Below, one piece after another: positions 14,501 through 27,925 of a stretch of DNA of 46,782 nt. Position 1 is the stretch's first letter. Each line of letters starts with the position of its first letter. The stretch spans positions 1 through 46,782 of the forward strand of contig NGBS01001214.1 in the NCBI GenBank assembly GCA_002245135.1. Reading direction: 5' to 3'. Source of the DNA: Proteromonas lacertae (taxonomy: Eukaryota). The position numbers and the translations under genes were made by a program. A model generated the notes under the pieces. That model did not search any database. It was not told the DNA's origin and saw only the letters and a list, made by a program, of their open reading frames with translations.

Positions 14501-16237
14501 ATGGGTAAGTTTAAAGATTGGTTAAAAAAATCTAAAATTCTATCTAGCGCAGCTAGTTTAATACCTTTTGCTGGACCAGCTATTAGTAACAGTATAGAGA
14601 ATATGGGATATGGTAAGAGAAGACGTAGAGGTAGGGTTGCAAGACATAGAGTTACTAGAATGTCACAATTTACACCTGATGGTAGATTCTTGTATATTAT
14701 GATTTGCTTAATGAATATAAAAAATATAAAAAGGATCATGATCCTACTGGTGGTCATCAACTAACTGTTAATGAAAGAAAACAATTAAATGATTTAGAAT
14801 TAGAATTAATAACTAAAAAAAGTGAATTAAACATAACAGCGCAAGAAAAAATAGCTTTGCAGAATAATTTAAAAACTCTAAGAAATGAAAAAGATAATTT
14901 AGTTACTGAAAATACTTCTTATAAGGATATGGTAGAACGTTTAAAACAACAAAAAGAAGAAATTAATAAATTATTTGAAAGTAACAAGATTCAATTAAAC
15001 AATAAAGAAAATATTCTTGAAGAATTTAAAAAGTAAGCATAAATTATATGCTCAGAAATATAATGAAGAAAGTTATCAAGAATTAAAAAGTTTATATGAA
15101 AAACAAATTAGAGAATTAAAACAACAGAATGAAGAATTGAAAAATGCAAATAATCAAAATAAAAGAGAATTAAATTTAGCATTGAATAATGCAGAAAATC
15201 TTAAGGCACAACATTTAGCAGAAATAAATAAAAAGAATGAAGAAATCAAAGGAATAAAAGAAGTAAAAGATCAAATAGAAAACGATTACAGATTATATAA
15301 ATAAGGAAATATAGCAGAAATAGAACAAAATAAAGCAATTTTAAATAATAGAATTAGTGAACTAGAAACACAAAAAAGACAAGATGCAATAAATTTTCAA
15401 GCATTGAATGAAAAATTAAGTATGAAAGAAACAGAGATTTTAAAACTAAAAATGGATCATGATAGTGTAGAACAAGATTTGGCTAGTCTTCAACATAGTT
15501 ATAATAGCGTTACAGAAGAATTACAAAATGCATTATTAAATCATGATACTGATACATCAAAATTAGAACAAATGCAAAGTTTAATTGAAAAATCAATGGA
15601 AGAGCATAAACAAAAATTATCTGAACAAGAAATGATGTATAACGAAGTAATAGCAAAAAATAGAAAATTAAATGAAACAATAGCTGAAATCAATAATAAA
15701 TATGAAAAAACAATAGCAGAAAAATTAAAAATGGTAGAAGCTGCTAACAATAACATGGATAAAGTTGTTAAAGCTAAAGAACAAGAACATTCTAATAACA
15801 TGAGTAAATTATTACAACAAATGGAAGAACAAAAAGCAGTATATGAAGCAAAATTAAAAGATACAATTAATAATGCTCACAAAGCATCTTATAATGATTT
15901 AGGAGTTGTGCAATATCCTATGATGAATGATGTAATATACAATGAACCAACTTTAGATTTAACAATACCACAACCTGTAAATACAGATATAGTCAATCCA
16001 GAATTATTAACACATCCTCAAAACAATGTTCCTAGTATTGAAGAAGAAGAAAGCGAAGAGAATATATTTGATCCATTTAGAAAAGAAAATATAGATGACA
16101 AGTTAAACAGAATAAATCAATATTTCCAAACTAAAAATATAGATGAAAGCAATGTAGATCCAATGACTTTAACTTATAATAGGTTAAGCCAGTTTTGTTT
16201 TGTACTGTTGTATAAACATTATGATGTATTGATTTGA
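14501..16237 (+). pseudogene. Virus-associated long coiled-coil protein with amphipathic/basic N-terminus, frameshifted
   Basis: MGKFKDWLKKSKILS...MGYGKRRRRGR is followed by E/K/Q/N heptad-rich ORFs. 15017-15304 and 15404-16237 share a frame across one TAA (15302-15304). Confidence 0.6.
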
Positions 16238-16342
16238 TTTGACATACTTCATATTTTTGACTTTTACTAGCACCTTCAACAAAATCATTGTATATGTCAT
16301 AAGTTATTTTTCTAGAAACTTTCACATTAATACATTTACAAC

Positions 16343-17415
16343 TGAGTTCGGCAACGGGACGTCCTTTTGTGTTTTGTCCCGTCCCTTGTTTTTTTCATAC
16401 ACGAAAACTTCTCGTTGATTACACATGTCCTCTTTATCCCGGGATGTGTAGTTTAACACGTCCTTTTTTGTCCTATATTTTTGAGTTTAAGTTTCTGTTT
16501 TTTTAATATAAATATTCTGCAATAACAATAAATAAGCTTAATATTAAGTATTACATATTATACTCAAGTCATTTTTGTATGTCCTAAATAATATCTTTCA
16601 AAAATTCATTTAAGCCATATTTGCTATATCTATAAACAATATTTAACCTACATATACCACTTAGATAACTCTGTATAGTTTAATGAAGTATATCCCCATT
16701 TACAAACACTCATCGCATAACAGAACTTCACATGATACATGCTAATCATTACACTATTTTCTACTATAACATATGCTTAAATTAAATACGAATAAAAAGT
16801 AGAAAAAAGAAAAAATGTTTGATTAACTCGAGTTCTTTCATTTTGAATGCCATCTCATTATAGGTTTAGAGATAATATCTATAGATTATTTAATGTCCTT
16901 GCTTTTATAAGGATTGAATGCAAAAAGTGCAAAGTGTTTATCATCAAGCATGCTACTCAGTTAAAAAGACATACAAGACAGTATTTTAGATTATTATTAT
17001 AATTTATAGTTGCACAAACGTAGCAGTTCAGTCAACAATTGATATGAGTGATCATAGCAAAGACATGGAGATTGTTGAATTAATAATAGAAAACAATCTC
17101 CCCTTAAGCGTAGTTGAATCCAAATCGTTCAAAAGCTTGTTCAAAAATTATGCTGTACCATCAACTAAAAAAGTAAAAAAGATAATTGAAGCAGAATCGA
17201 AGAAAATGTTAAATGAGTGTATAGATAGAAAAAAAAAACTAACAATAATATTGGATGAATGGAAAAATATACTTGGAAATAGCATTATAAACATAGCAGT
17301 TAAACAAAATCAAAGAATTATATTTGTTGAAAGTGTATTACAAAAAAAGGCACAAACAACAAGAAATATTGTAGATCTTATTTCTGATATAAAAATAATT
17401 TATTTCAGCGTGTAG
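16343..17415 (+). mobile_element. hAT transposon 5' fragment (subterminal GTCC repeats, spliced BED finger, truncated transposase)
   Basis: Clustered GTCC motifs at about 16355-16475. CKKC...LKRHTRH/C joins in frame to LPLSVVESKSFK...ILDEW through a 29-nt GT-AG intron (16981-17009). Confidence 0.8.
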
Positions 17416-17541
17416 CCAATTACAATATATTATTAACACTTAGCTTCTTTTGTATAAATTACAAAGTTATAATTTATGTGTTGTTTTTTGTTTTATATAA
17501 TAGTATCAATGATTATGAAATGATACACATAAGTTACAGAA

Positions 17542-17639
17542 GAAAATTGAGAAGTGAAAAATGTCTCCTAGACAAACGGCGTATTTCTAAGTCTTCTCAC
17601 GCCGTTTGTCTAGAAGACACTTTTGATTTCTCATATTTC
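17542..17639. repeat. Long imperfect hairpin, MITE-like
   Basis: Perfect core arms CTAGACAAACGGCGT (17568-17582) and ACGCCGTTTGTCTAG (17599-17613), extending to about 40 bp per arm with a few mismatches. Confidence 0.85.
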
Positions 17640-17829
17640 ATATATGAGATAATCATAATATATTATTAACAAATATAACAAAATTGAAATCAGAAAATAA
17701 GTTGAAACAACATTCAACTCAAATCTTTTTCCAAAATTGGTTTTATGTTATGTGGATGTGCGTGCCTAACAAACACATTGTAATTATATAAAGATACTTT
17801 TTAGAATTTTTAAAGAAAATGAAATTATT

Positions 17830-18465
17830 TAAATCTATAAATGTTTTTTTTGTTGTAAATGTAAAACAGTTTCGCTTTTTCTTCGTTATTTAAACTTTCT
17901 ATACCTTCAATTAAATCATCAATGAAGTATTTTATATTAAAACTTTCTATATTTTGAATCTTTGTTATTTCCAAATTATTCAATCTGGCTCCAAGAAAGA
18001 ATAAACAGTAATATCCACAAGTTACAGCATCTGTTTGATGAACTTTTGTATCTACTATTTCATATGATTCTAATTCACGATTGCAAGAATGAAAGAGTTG
18101 TTTTTCTTGGTCTTGACAATCTTATATTGAGATATTATTTCACCTACACTTCTATCATATCTACCAATACGACGAATACCTTCTGCATAATCATCTTCAC
18201 CAAATGAATCTATAACTTTGATTGTTTTATTATCATGATGAATAATAACAGTGTAATAATTGTTACTATCTTTAGCTCTAATTATGAATGCTTCCATCTC
18301 TTTATTCATTATCATTTGTTTATCTTTACATACGTAATAATGTTGATTTAAATTATATAATTCCAATATGAAATGAATTTCATTTAATCCAAGTTGTATT
18401 TTTCCAATACTTTTTATAACTCTTTCACCAAATATATCATACACTGCATTCTTCTTTGGATTCAT
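17830..18465 (-). pseudogene. Ulp1/clan CE protease-like domain downstream of the integrase, frameshifted
   Basis: IKVIDSFG in ORF 18070-18465. After a frameshift: EIVDTKVHQTDAVTCGYYCLFFL. No clear catalytic His. Confidence 0.7.
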
Positions 18466-18664
18466 TACTATTTGTTGAAGTCTTTTTTCATAGGTGTTAA
18501 TATCCTTTTTCTTAGGATTAGGATGAATCTATTTAATATAAATTATCATCAAATATACTAGTATTTTGTCTGCTGTTTTCTTCATATTCTCTAATAATTC
18601 TGATGAAACTTCAAGCTTTATTAAAGGTGTAGATGATACTAATGGAATTTGCATGTTTTCATTT

Positions 18665-20198
18665 CTATTCATTAGATAGTAATAATTTAATAATATACAC
18701 TAAATATTGATTTTTATTAACTTTATCATCTCTAACTAATGCTAGACTCTTTTCATCTTGGCACATCTTTCTTTTCACAGCTGTAATAACCACATCTCCA
18801 TGTTCAGGATTAACTAGTTTATTTCCTAATTTCTTAATGGAATCATCTCTCATTTTGTTATTATAATTGAAGTTTCTTTCGTCTATATAATCTTGAAACT
18901 GTTCTATGATATTTCCATTTTGTGTTATATCTTTTTTGATTCTATCTTTATAATCTTCTTCTTCCATTATTGTTACTTCACCATTACCACTATTACCACC
19001 ATCATCACTATTATCGCTATCATTACCATCTTCATCTACATCTATAACATGATCAGAACCACCATTATTGCCATTAACGCCATTAGCACCTTCTTCTTCT
19101 TCATATTCACTGTCTGCTTTAACTTTTTCGCCATCACTGTCATCATTACCATCATTATTATCACCTTCTATATTAGTATAATCTGGTTTAAACTTCTTAT
19201 TCTGAATCATCAACTCTTTCATGTCCATAAAGAATAAGGATCTTCCTTTACAATTTGTTCTTCTGCATCTATGATTATTAATTATTTCTGTTATTCTTTC
19301 CAAGTATTCAGTCCAATAAACATCAGGATTATCAACCTTCATAGCTGCTATCTTTTCTTTAATGAATCTATTATATCTCTCCACTTTACCATTGCACTGT
19401 GGGTGTCTTGGCTTGCTATGCGCAATTATAATACCATATTTACTAAGCATATCTTTCATTAAAGCATTTTTGAATTCTTTACCATTATCCATCTGCATAA
19501 TTTCAGGAGGACCAAAGATTCTTATAAAAGATTGTACATTTTTCACTGTTTCTTTATCTGTTTTGCGTTTCTGAGCATATAACATGATAAAATTAGAATA
19601 ATGGTCGATGACAGTTAAGATATAATGGTAGAGATCTTCTTCTTTTATGTTCGTGTAATCTTCATTACAATTGTCCATTTCTACAAGATCAATCAATACT
19701 CTTTCTCTAGGTCTTGTAACAACAATAGGATGTGTTGGTTGTACTCTTTTAGCCTCCTTAAGTTTAATACAATCATAGCAGGTTGTCAAATAAGCTCTAA
19801 TCATCTTTCTGTTAATACCATAATAACCATGAACTGGATCATTAATTACATCTCTTAAAGATGATTCTTTACAATGGGCATTATCTCTATGTAACTTGTC
19901 TAAGAAGTCGAATGAATCTTCCAATTTAATGACTTCTCTTCCTTTAAAATACAGTTTACCTGTAGATTCATCGCAAGTGTAATAGCCTCTATTGGCTGAA
20001 GTTCCAGCTAAATCATGAAAGAACTTGTACTTATTCTTATCAAAAGCTGCACAATCTCGTGTCTTTTTATTGTTCTTTCCCTTCGGCTTTACCACCTTCT
20101 CTGGTTGGTCATTTTTTGCCAGTAACACCTTTATCTTCTCATAATAAAGAGTTTTATGATCGCTCTTTATGACGCTTTCTAGATTTAGAATGTCAGAC
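18665..20198 (-). CDS. Retroviral-like (rve) DD35E integrase, Ginger/Polinton c-integrase type
   Basis: H2C2 (LHRDNAH...CYDC), IDLVEM, VIDHYS, QMDNGKEF, PRHPQCNGKVERYN with D-35-E spacing. The frame is open up to a probable splice acceptor at 20199. No RT, RNase H or LTRs nearby. Confidence 0.9.
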
Positions 20199-20952
20199 CT
20201 ATGATAGAGATTATAATAGGAATAGATAGAATGATATATATTTATAGAAATTATAGTAGTAGAATAGCTTTTATAGATATTTTACTGTGTTATTTTATAA
20301 TACTCTTACCTCCCCAAAAAAAATGATTCATTATTTAAGATGTAAGTGTAACAATATATATAAAAATATATCTTCTTTTTTCTTTTCTTTTGACTATTTT
20401 AAATTATACCAATGTAATAATTTACCAATTATTCATTACAATTGTTATATGTGTTGTATTATTATAGTAATCATTCAATACAATTTACCAATAATTCTTT
20501 TTATTTATATAAATTCTGATTATTGAAAATGTATTTTTCATCAATTTGGTAATAATATTTCTAGAAGAAGAAAGAATAATTATCATCTTATTCTACTATA
20601 ATTCTTCTAAAACCATTATCAACACTATTCCACTTTCATTTTTTTATTTGTATTTTTCATTTAATTTCTTTTCTTTCTCATATCATATTTTCAATCTTTG
20701 CTTCATCTTGGGCACCAACTACTATCTCATCATATTGATCTTCAAATCTTGCTAAATTCATTATAAAGATATTATCTAATGTAAATGTCTTGGTTATTGC
20801 AATTATCTTTAAAGTTTTGAATTAATATTAAACTCTCTTTGAAATTATCAATCACTTCATAATATACTAGAATTTTCATAAACATTGTCTCTTATACGTT
20901 TATAAATTGTATAAATATGGGATATGGAGTAATGGGTAGTTTGAATAACATC

Positions 20953-23900
20953 TCAGTATTTAATTTTTGGAATATTTTCTACTGGAAATGCCCCAGTATC
21001 TACTGTTTGAGTTTCACCTGCTTCAATATCGATTTGGGTTGGTTCTATTGTGAATATTCCATCATCATTTTTAATTGACAAATCAACTGTTGTAGAAAAC
21101 ATTCCATTATTACTGAATTGAATTGTTTCACAATTACTAGGTTTTAAAGATGGATTGTTTTCTCTCATATTTATGTTTTTGCCTATTAATAATTGACCAA
21201 ATTCATAATATCCTTTGTTCTTTATTTATCTCTTACTTATTATTTGTTGTTCATTCTTTTGTTTTATTGATTTCATAAATATATCTTTCGGATTTTGATT
21301 AATTTTTGGATAATCACAAATACCACTGATTGGAACTTCATACGTTTTATCTTTATTAACTATCTCAAAGTGGAAACAATAGTTAAATTTATCAGTTTCT
21401 AATTATTCAAATGTCACTTTTAATGGCAATTCTTCATCAGGTTCTAATTTCCATCTTGTGGCATTATTTTCATCTATTAATTTATAATTACTTGTTGATA
21501 TTAAGGGTTTTCTTGGAATTTGCTTCTTAACTAATTGGAATACTACTGGAGGTGGAACTTTCCAATCTCCATATGTATTAAACAATGGAACTGTTTCTTT
21601 GATTTCTTGAATCATTATATCAATATCACTTTCACCATTGTTATTGATTATATCACATAATAAACCAACTCCAAATGGTGGAGGAGGAGGTGGTGGTGGT
21701 TTTTCTTTTTTACCTTTCTATGAGTTTTTATCTCCTTTCTTATCAATTGATTTACTTCTTTTTCCTCCTTTCTTTGGATCAGGTAAAGCTGATCTTTCTT
21801 CTACTACTGGTTCTGGTTCTTCAGGTGGTGGTAATTCCGCTGCCAATTTATCACCTACATCTCTTACTTCAGTTTGAATTACATTATAATCTTTATATTA
21901 TACAATAAGTTGGTACTCCTTGTACTTTGATTGGAATTGCTAAATCATATCTTCCATACGGTAAATCAGATTTCGCTTTAAAACTAGCTGTAAATGTCAC
22001 TGTTGAACTTTCTGGTAATCTTTTCACTTCATCTGGAGTTAATGTATATCCACTCTCTTTTAAAGTTCTTCTTTCTATTCCGAAATTCACTGGTAAATTA
22101 CCTATGTTAGTTATTGTAAATGTCTTCGTTTTGCAATCAATTCGAACTACATTACCAAAATCTACTACATAATCAGCTAATGGAAATTCACCTAAATGTA
22201 AATTAGATATTTTCTTATTCGCCATTTTTGTTGTTTTGCCTGTTTTATTACTGATATTTGTTAAACCAGTTTCAGGTGTTTTTGTGGTTTTATCAACTAC
22301 TCCTTCACTTTTTGAACCATTTACAGATGTTCCATTTAATTCTTTCTCTTTTCGAGCTAAACATAAATCAACAGGATTTTGATTGTTTATTTCATCTAAT
22401 AATAAATCAATATAATATAATCTTAATGCTTTAAATTCTCTATCAACTGTGATTTGTAATCCTGTTGTATTCTTTCCTGAAGGTAATTTGTTCGTATTTG
22501 TTCGTATTTATCATTCTGTTGTGAATTCTTACTTCTGTCAGAAACTGATTTTTGACTATTTACTCTTGCAGAATACTTTTTTTTGTTTTCATCTTTTTCT
22601 TTTTCTTTAGATTTTTCTTCTTCTGCATTTGTATTTGCTATTGTTGGTTCTTCACTATGTGGTGAATTAACTGGAACTCCATCTACAATTATTGGCTTTT
22701 CAGCTTCAACTGGTTTTTCTTTTTCTTCTTCTGTTGACGGTTGTTCTGGTTTTTATTGTTGTTTTTTCCTCCTTCAGTATTTATAATAGTGTTATTATTA
22801 CTTTCATCTATTGAAGATTCTACTACTTCAGGTAAAGATGGTTGTTGTTTGATTGGTGATGGTAAAGCTTGGAATGATAATGGATGTTCTGTATTGGATA
22901 ATTCAATCAAACTATCAGCTTCTTCCAAGTAATGTTCCCAATTATCTGGTATTACCAATTCAGCATCATTCACTTTGATATTTGCATAAATACCTGTTAT
23001 ATAAAGTAGAAAATCTATTGGAACATAATGAGCTATTTCTATTACTAATTTCTCTATTACTGAATCTGGAATTCCTACTCTCATTTTAACAGAGATTCTT
23101 TGTTGATCATGAGATGGAATTAATCCATTACATGGTGAAACACCAACTAAACCAGGTCGAGATACACTATCAGTTGAGATTTTAAATGGAAAATCTACTG
23201 AACCTGTATTAAATATATGAAAATCTCTTTCTTTTACTTTCATATAAGGAATTCTACCAAAATCAATATTTTGTTTATCCAATCTATAAGATAAGACTGA
23301 ACTTTCACCTTTCATTTTGATATTATAAACTGGTCCTCCATCTACATAACATTTACCCAATGCTCTTGATAATACATGTGGTATTCCAGAATATCTCAAT
23401 TCCATTTCTTCACATTCACCTATTTATAAAATACCTTGAATTGGAGTGATTTCAAATACTTCATTGATTGAAGATGTTTGATTTTCAGTTTCATCTATTT
23501 CTAATTCCCAATGATAAGGACAAGGAATTGTTCGACGATTTTCAGTTCAAAATCAAAATCATTTTGAGATAACCATAAATTGGGAAAGGCAACATCAGCT
23601 ACACATGGAATTGAATCTTTCTGAGGATGATCTTCATATCTTATATTCAATATTCCATTTATTTTACATGAGATTTTATCATCTTTATAATTTGGATCAA
23701 ATTCCACTGTCACATTCATTGATTCATTTGGTTCTAAATGGAATTCATTCATACTCAATAATAATGGAGCTGCTATACTTATTATCGCATCTAAACTCAA
23801 TGTTGATATATTCTTAAATACAACTGTCTTACTTTGAACTTCGATTTTCTCTTCTAAGCATTGAATTAATGGATTCATAAAGTTCACTTTTACTTCGGTT

Positions 23901-25290
23901 TCTTTTGCTTCATTATTTCTTATTTCTCCATCAAATTTCCTCAAACAAGAAAACATTTTCATCACTTCACAGGGTTTTTCACAACTTCCAGATGTTACAA
24001 AATTTCAAGTAGTATTGGGTTTTAATTCGATTGCATTGGGAGTTATTGTAAATATAGCTTCATAAGGTTTGAATTCATTTCACTTTCCATCTTTGATTTA
24101 TTGGCTTTAAAAGATTTTTCTTTTTCTACTGCTGTTTGATTTATCCAAATTAATCTTTGACTTCTTAAACCTCGATTTTCTAATAAAAAAATCTCTTTCG
24201 ATTGTTCTGTTTGTGAATTGATCACCAAAATCAATTACATCTACTGGATCTTCTCAAAATATTGTTGTTATTATACATTTAGCTGTAACTGGAAGATTTG
24301 CGCTATCTCCTTCAGTTGCTGCTATGTATATTGTATCTTTATAAACTAATACATCTTCCAACATGCAACTAACTACTATCTTTTTTGAGATTCTTTACTT
24401 TGTAATATACCATCAACTATATCAATATTAAAATAAAATCCTCGTTCAAAATCTAATTTATAAAAAGCTGGAATTGAAGTTGGATTAGTTATTGTAAATT
24501 CTTTTGTATGAGTATCTAAACAAGTTATATCACCAAATTTTATATGATTTAAATTTGACTTTATCACTGGTCCAAGTCCATTTGCTTCTAATACTAATAC
24601 CAATGGAGGATATTGACTACCAATTATTTGAATATATAATGGAATTCTCATATCACCTAATTTCTCAGGATTTAATTAAACTTTAATCATTTGAGTTGCC
24701 ATTGGACAAATTACACCTTTAACTGGATCAGGGAAATAACTACCAATCGATTTACTTCTTTCATCTTGTTCTGTTTTCAAATTGAGCACTTAAATTGGAT
24801 TTATTCTTTAATGTTAAAGTTCGATAATAAGTATATCTTAAATAACAATCTCCATATTTCAATGATTCTTCTAATAATTCTACTTCAGCTACTCGACATT
24901 CAGCACTTATTGGAATTGTTAATAAAGCTTCACCTACACTTTCAATATCAATTGCTAAACAATAATCATATACTTTTATTGTTTGAGATATGAAATTGAT
25001 TTTGATTTTCTCTTCTCCTTCTGGTAATACTGTTGATACTGCTCGAATTATTTCGAATTCTTTGTTTAAGTAATTACCATCTTGAGGAACTCGTAAATTG
25101 AATATAAATGGAACAGAGGAAGTATTTCTTAATATCAAATCAGTTGAGTTAAAAAACGCATAACTTACAATACCAAAATCTAGTTTATTCTTATTAAAGA
25201 AGAATGTTGGACCAACTACATGTCCTTTTATTGTTAATACCACATTATTAGTTGCTCCTTTTAATGCAAATTCAAAATGATCACTACATT
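20953..25290 (-). pseudogene. HYDIN: HYDIN (axonemal central-pair protein, ASH-domain repeats) remnant
   Basis: Colinear motifs KGHVVGPTF...LDFGIVSY...NTSSVP...LRVPQDG, FDPNYKDD, YEDHPQKD, FPNL, VDGGPVY, DFGNV...DEVKRLP, VPPP...RW, GICDYPKI, YEFG. Many frameshifts and stops. Confidence 0.85.
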
Positions 25291-26313
25291 ATCTGATATA
25301 AATAGAATTCATTATTTTTAATGTTAAGGCTGTTAAAAAAGAAAAAAGAAAAAAGAAGTTCAAGCCTCACTCAAGCCTGCTCTTTAATTTCCTTTTTTAT
25401 TACATCAACATTAAAAATAATGTATTCTATTTATATCAGATAATGTATTTTAGACTGTAGTAGTCACTGATATATTATAATAGAAAATATACAAAAATTA
25501 GTTTAATATTGATAATAATGAAGTTCATAAAAAAGTATATCACAGATGTAGGTCATATGACAAACTAACTATATATTTGTAAATAACTAACTCCGAACAT
25601 CATGAATATCATATTAGTTTTGATTGAATCATTCTGCAATATAGAGTTCCGCCATACGGGGAACAACAAACGTTCTTTTCAATTTTTGATGACGTTGGAG
25701 GGAAATTGACTGTATTATATATATCCGTTTCACAAAAAGATTTATATATTTGATAGAATCCATTTTTTTTAAATTATATCATATTATTATTATATTCAAG
25801 TATGTCAGACAACCAAAAAGATACTTCAGATAAAGAGTATAATCGATTTTTAAAGAATTTTAATCAAGAAAGAAAAGAAATAATAAGAAGTAATTATAAT
25901 TATAATAGTAGTTATAATTAATTATTAATTACGGTCTATAGTAATCTCTTTTTGATATTACTCCCACAAATTTATAAAGACAAGGATACACGTTATGAAC
26001 TTCAACTTTTACTGTGGAGCGCGGAACAGTATCTTTCAAACATAATTCTATAGCATCTTCCGCTCTATTACTAACGTCTACAATAAGTTAGAGATTCTTT
26101 AATAATTTTTATTGAATTTCACACGTGGTAAACACTCTTCGCCAATTGGTAATTCTAAACCAGCATGTCCCTCACAATCACATATTGCTCTCTCACAATG
26201 TCATTATATGACTATCATTAAGCTAGAAGCATTTTTAGCTCCACCAGGAAAGAAATTACATAATTATTATACTAGATAACTATTGTTTTGCTACTTTATC
26301 CACAGATCAATCA

Positions 26314-26826
26314 TTGTTGTTACATGAGAAACAAATCAAATGTGCTTATTGTGGAGACATATTAAATGAATCTAATAGAAATAAAAGAAGGACAATACAT
26401 CATGACCATTTTACAGGTAGATATATAGCTACCATATGTTCAAATTGCAATTGGCACTGTAGTATTCAACATTTACCTATACCTATTCTTGATCATAATT
26501 CAAAGAATTATGATTACAATTTTATTATAAGAGGTCTAGAAGCGCAGTTTAATATAGATAACAAGATAGATGTTTCTTTAGTTGATGAAGATAGTGATGA
26601 TAATGAACTAATGCCAGAAACAACATCATCATCATCACTACCAATACCTACTGTTGAAGAAAAGAAACAAGAACAAGATGATGATGATGATAACCAACCT
26701 ATACATATTAATCATAGATCAAAAATACAAATAATTGATGATGATGAATCAACTCAAGAAGATGAGGATATTATAACATTACCATCTCTTAATACTATTG
26801 AAATACAAGTCAAGCTTGAAAATTAA
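26314..26826 (+). pseudogene. Fragment of a second protein-primed PolB (EndoVII-like insert and ExoII region) fused to an acidic tract
   Basis: CAYCG...HHDHFTGRYIATICSNCN...HNSKNYD parallels CDFCG...HHNHFTGEYIGSLCNKCN...HNAVKYD in 42561-43454. Confidence 0.85.
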
Positions 26827-27146
26827 AATGTCAGTGTCACAAATTATGACTTATCTCCAATATCGCCAAAATCCATTAATTAAGAATATATTCACTAGTG
26901 TTACTTACCTGTATAAACGTTTTGTGTATGGCTTAGATTATTGTTGTCTAATACTTCTGTCGTAGTACTCGAGGTTAAGAAATGAAACTGAAACTTTCTT
27001 GTGTATATAGTTAAAATCCAGATATAGAATAACCTATCAAATTACTCAACAAAATAGCTACGAATTCGATCTTAATATTCTATTTTGCTAGAAGATTATA
27101 AGGTGAGATTTCAACATCCTGATATAAGTTTATTCTAATCCAATAT

Positions 27147-27925
27147 TTATTTTAAGTGTATATAATTATTGTCAATGTAATCATTGTGATAATTAAATAA
27201 ATCATTTCTAAAGTAAAATAAAGTATTCAATTTATAGTGATATATTTTTTTTAACTCTTTACTAATATTATATTCTTCAAAGTATGGTATAATATACTCT
27301 TTCATATAACTAACAAAAGATGAAAATACTTCTTTTGATACAATCAAACCAACTGGGTTGTTTATATTTGGATGAAATTCAGAATAAACAATATCAAAAT
27401 ATTTTAGAATATCAGTTTCAATTAATTTAGGAATCATGAAATACTCCTCGCCTTCTATATCAAATTTTAAAATATTAAAATCATCAACTTTTAAATATTT
27501 AAGGATATATTTAATTATATTAACTGATTTTACTTTAATTAATTTTGATTGTTTTATTCTATTATAATATACTGAACTATAGGACAATTGATATAAAATT
27601 TACAATTTTGAGTTACTTTCTGTAGAAATAAAATATTTCTTTTAATACTATTGCATAACATTGGATTTGCTTCAAAAGAATGAACTGATACTTTTGATGT
27701 AGGATAATGTTGAAAATTAGGATATGGAACATGATATGAATGATTTTTATTTCTATAACCAAATAACCATAATATTGAATCACCATTATTAGATCCTAAA
27801 TCAAAATAAGTAATGTGTTTATATTTTCTGTTTATATATTCACATCTATCAGAATTAAGTGCAATATTAATATAGAATAAAAACAACAAATAAAATGAAC
27901 ATAGTAAAAAATACAGAAATAACAT
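27147..27925 (-). pseudogene. FkbM-family SAM-dependent methyltransferase with N-terminal membrane anchor, frameshifted
   Basis: YFDLGSNNGDS, VHSFEANP and ILKFDIEGEEY motifs lie in two overlapping ORFs. Hydrophobic N-terminus. Confidence 0.8.

Noticed and set aside
17768..17775. TGTTTGTT motif (minus strand) suggesting a Blastocystis-style polyadenylation-created stop codon
   Set aside because: The motif is near a gene end, but I could not place the preceding TA in the protein's frame, and a single 8-mer in AT-rich DNA is weak evidence.
18665..20128. LTR retrotransposon pol gene
   Set aside because: No RT, RNase H, aspartic protease, gag or LTRs are adjacent.
18893..24993. Plus-strand short ORFs opposite the integrase and HYDIN (and similar antisense ORFs elsewhere)
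   Set aside because: These are shadow ORFs of real or decayed genes on the other strand, with low-complexity composition.
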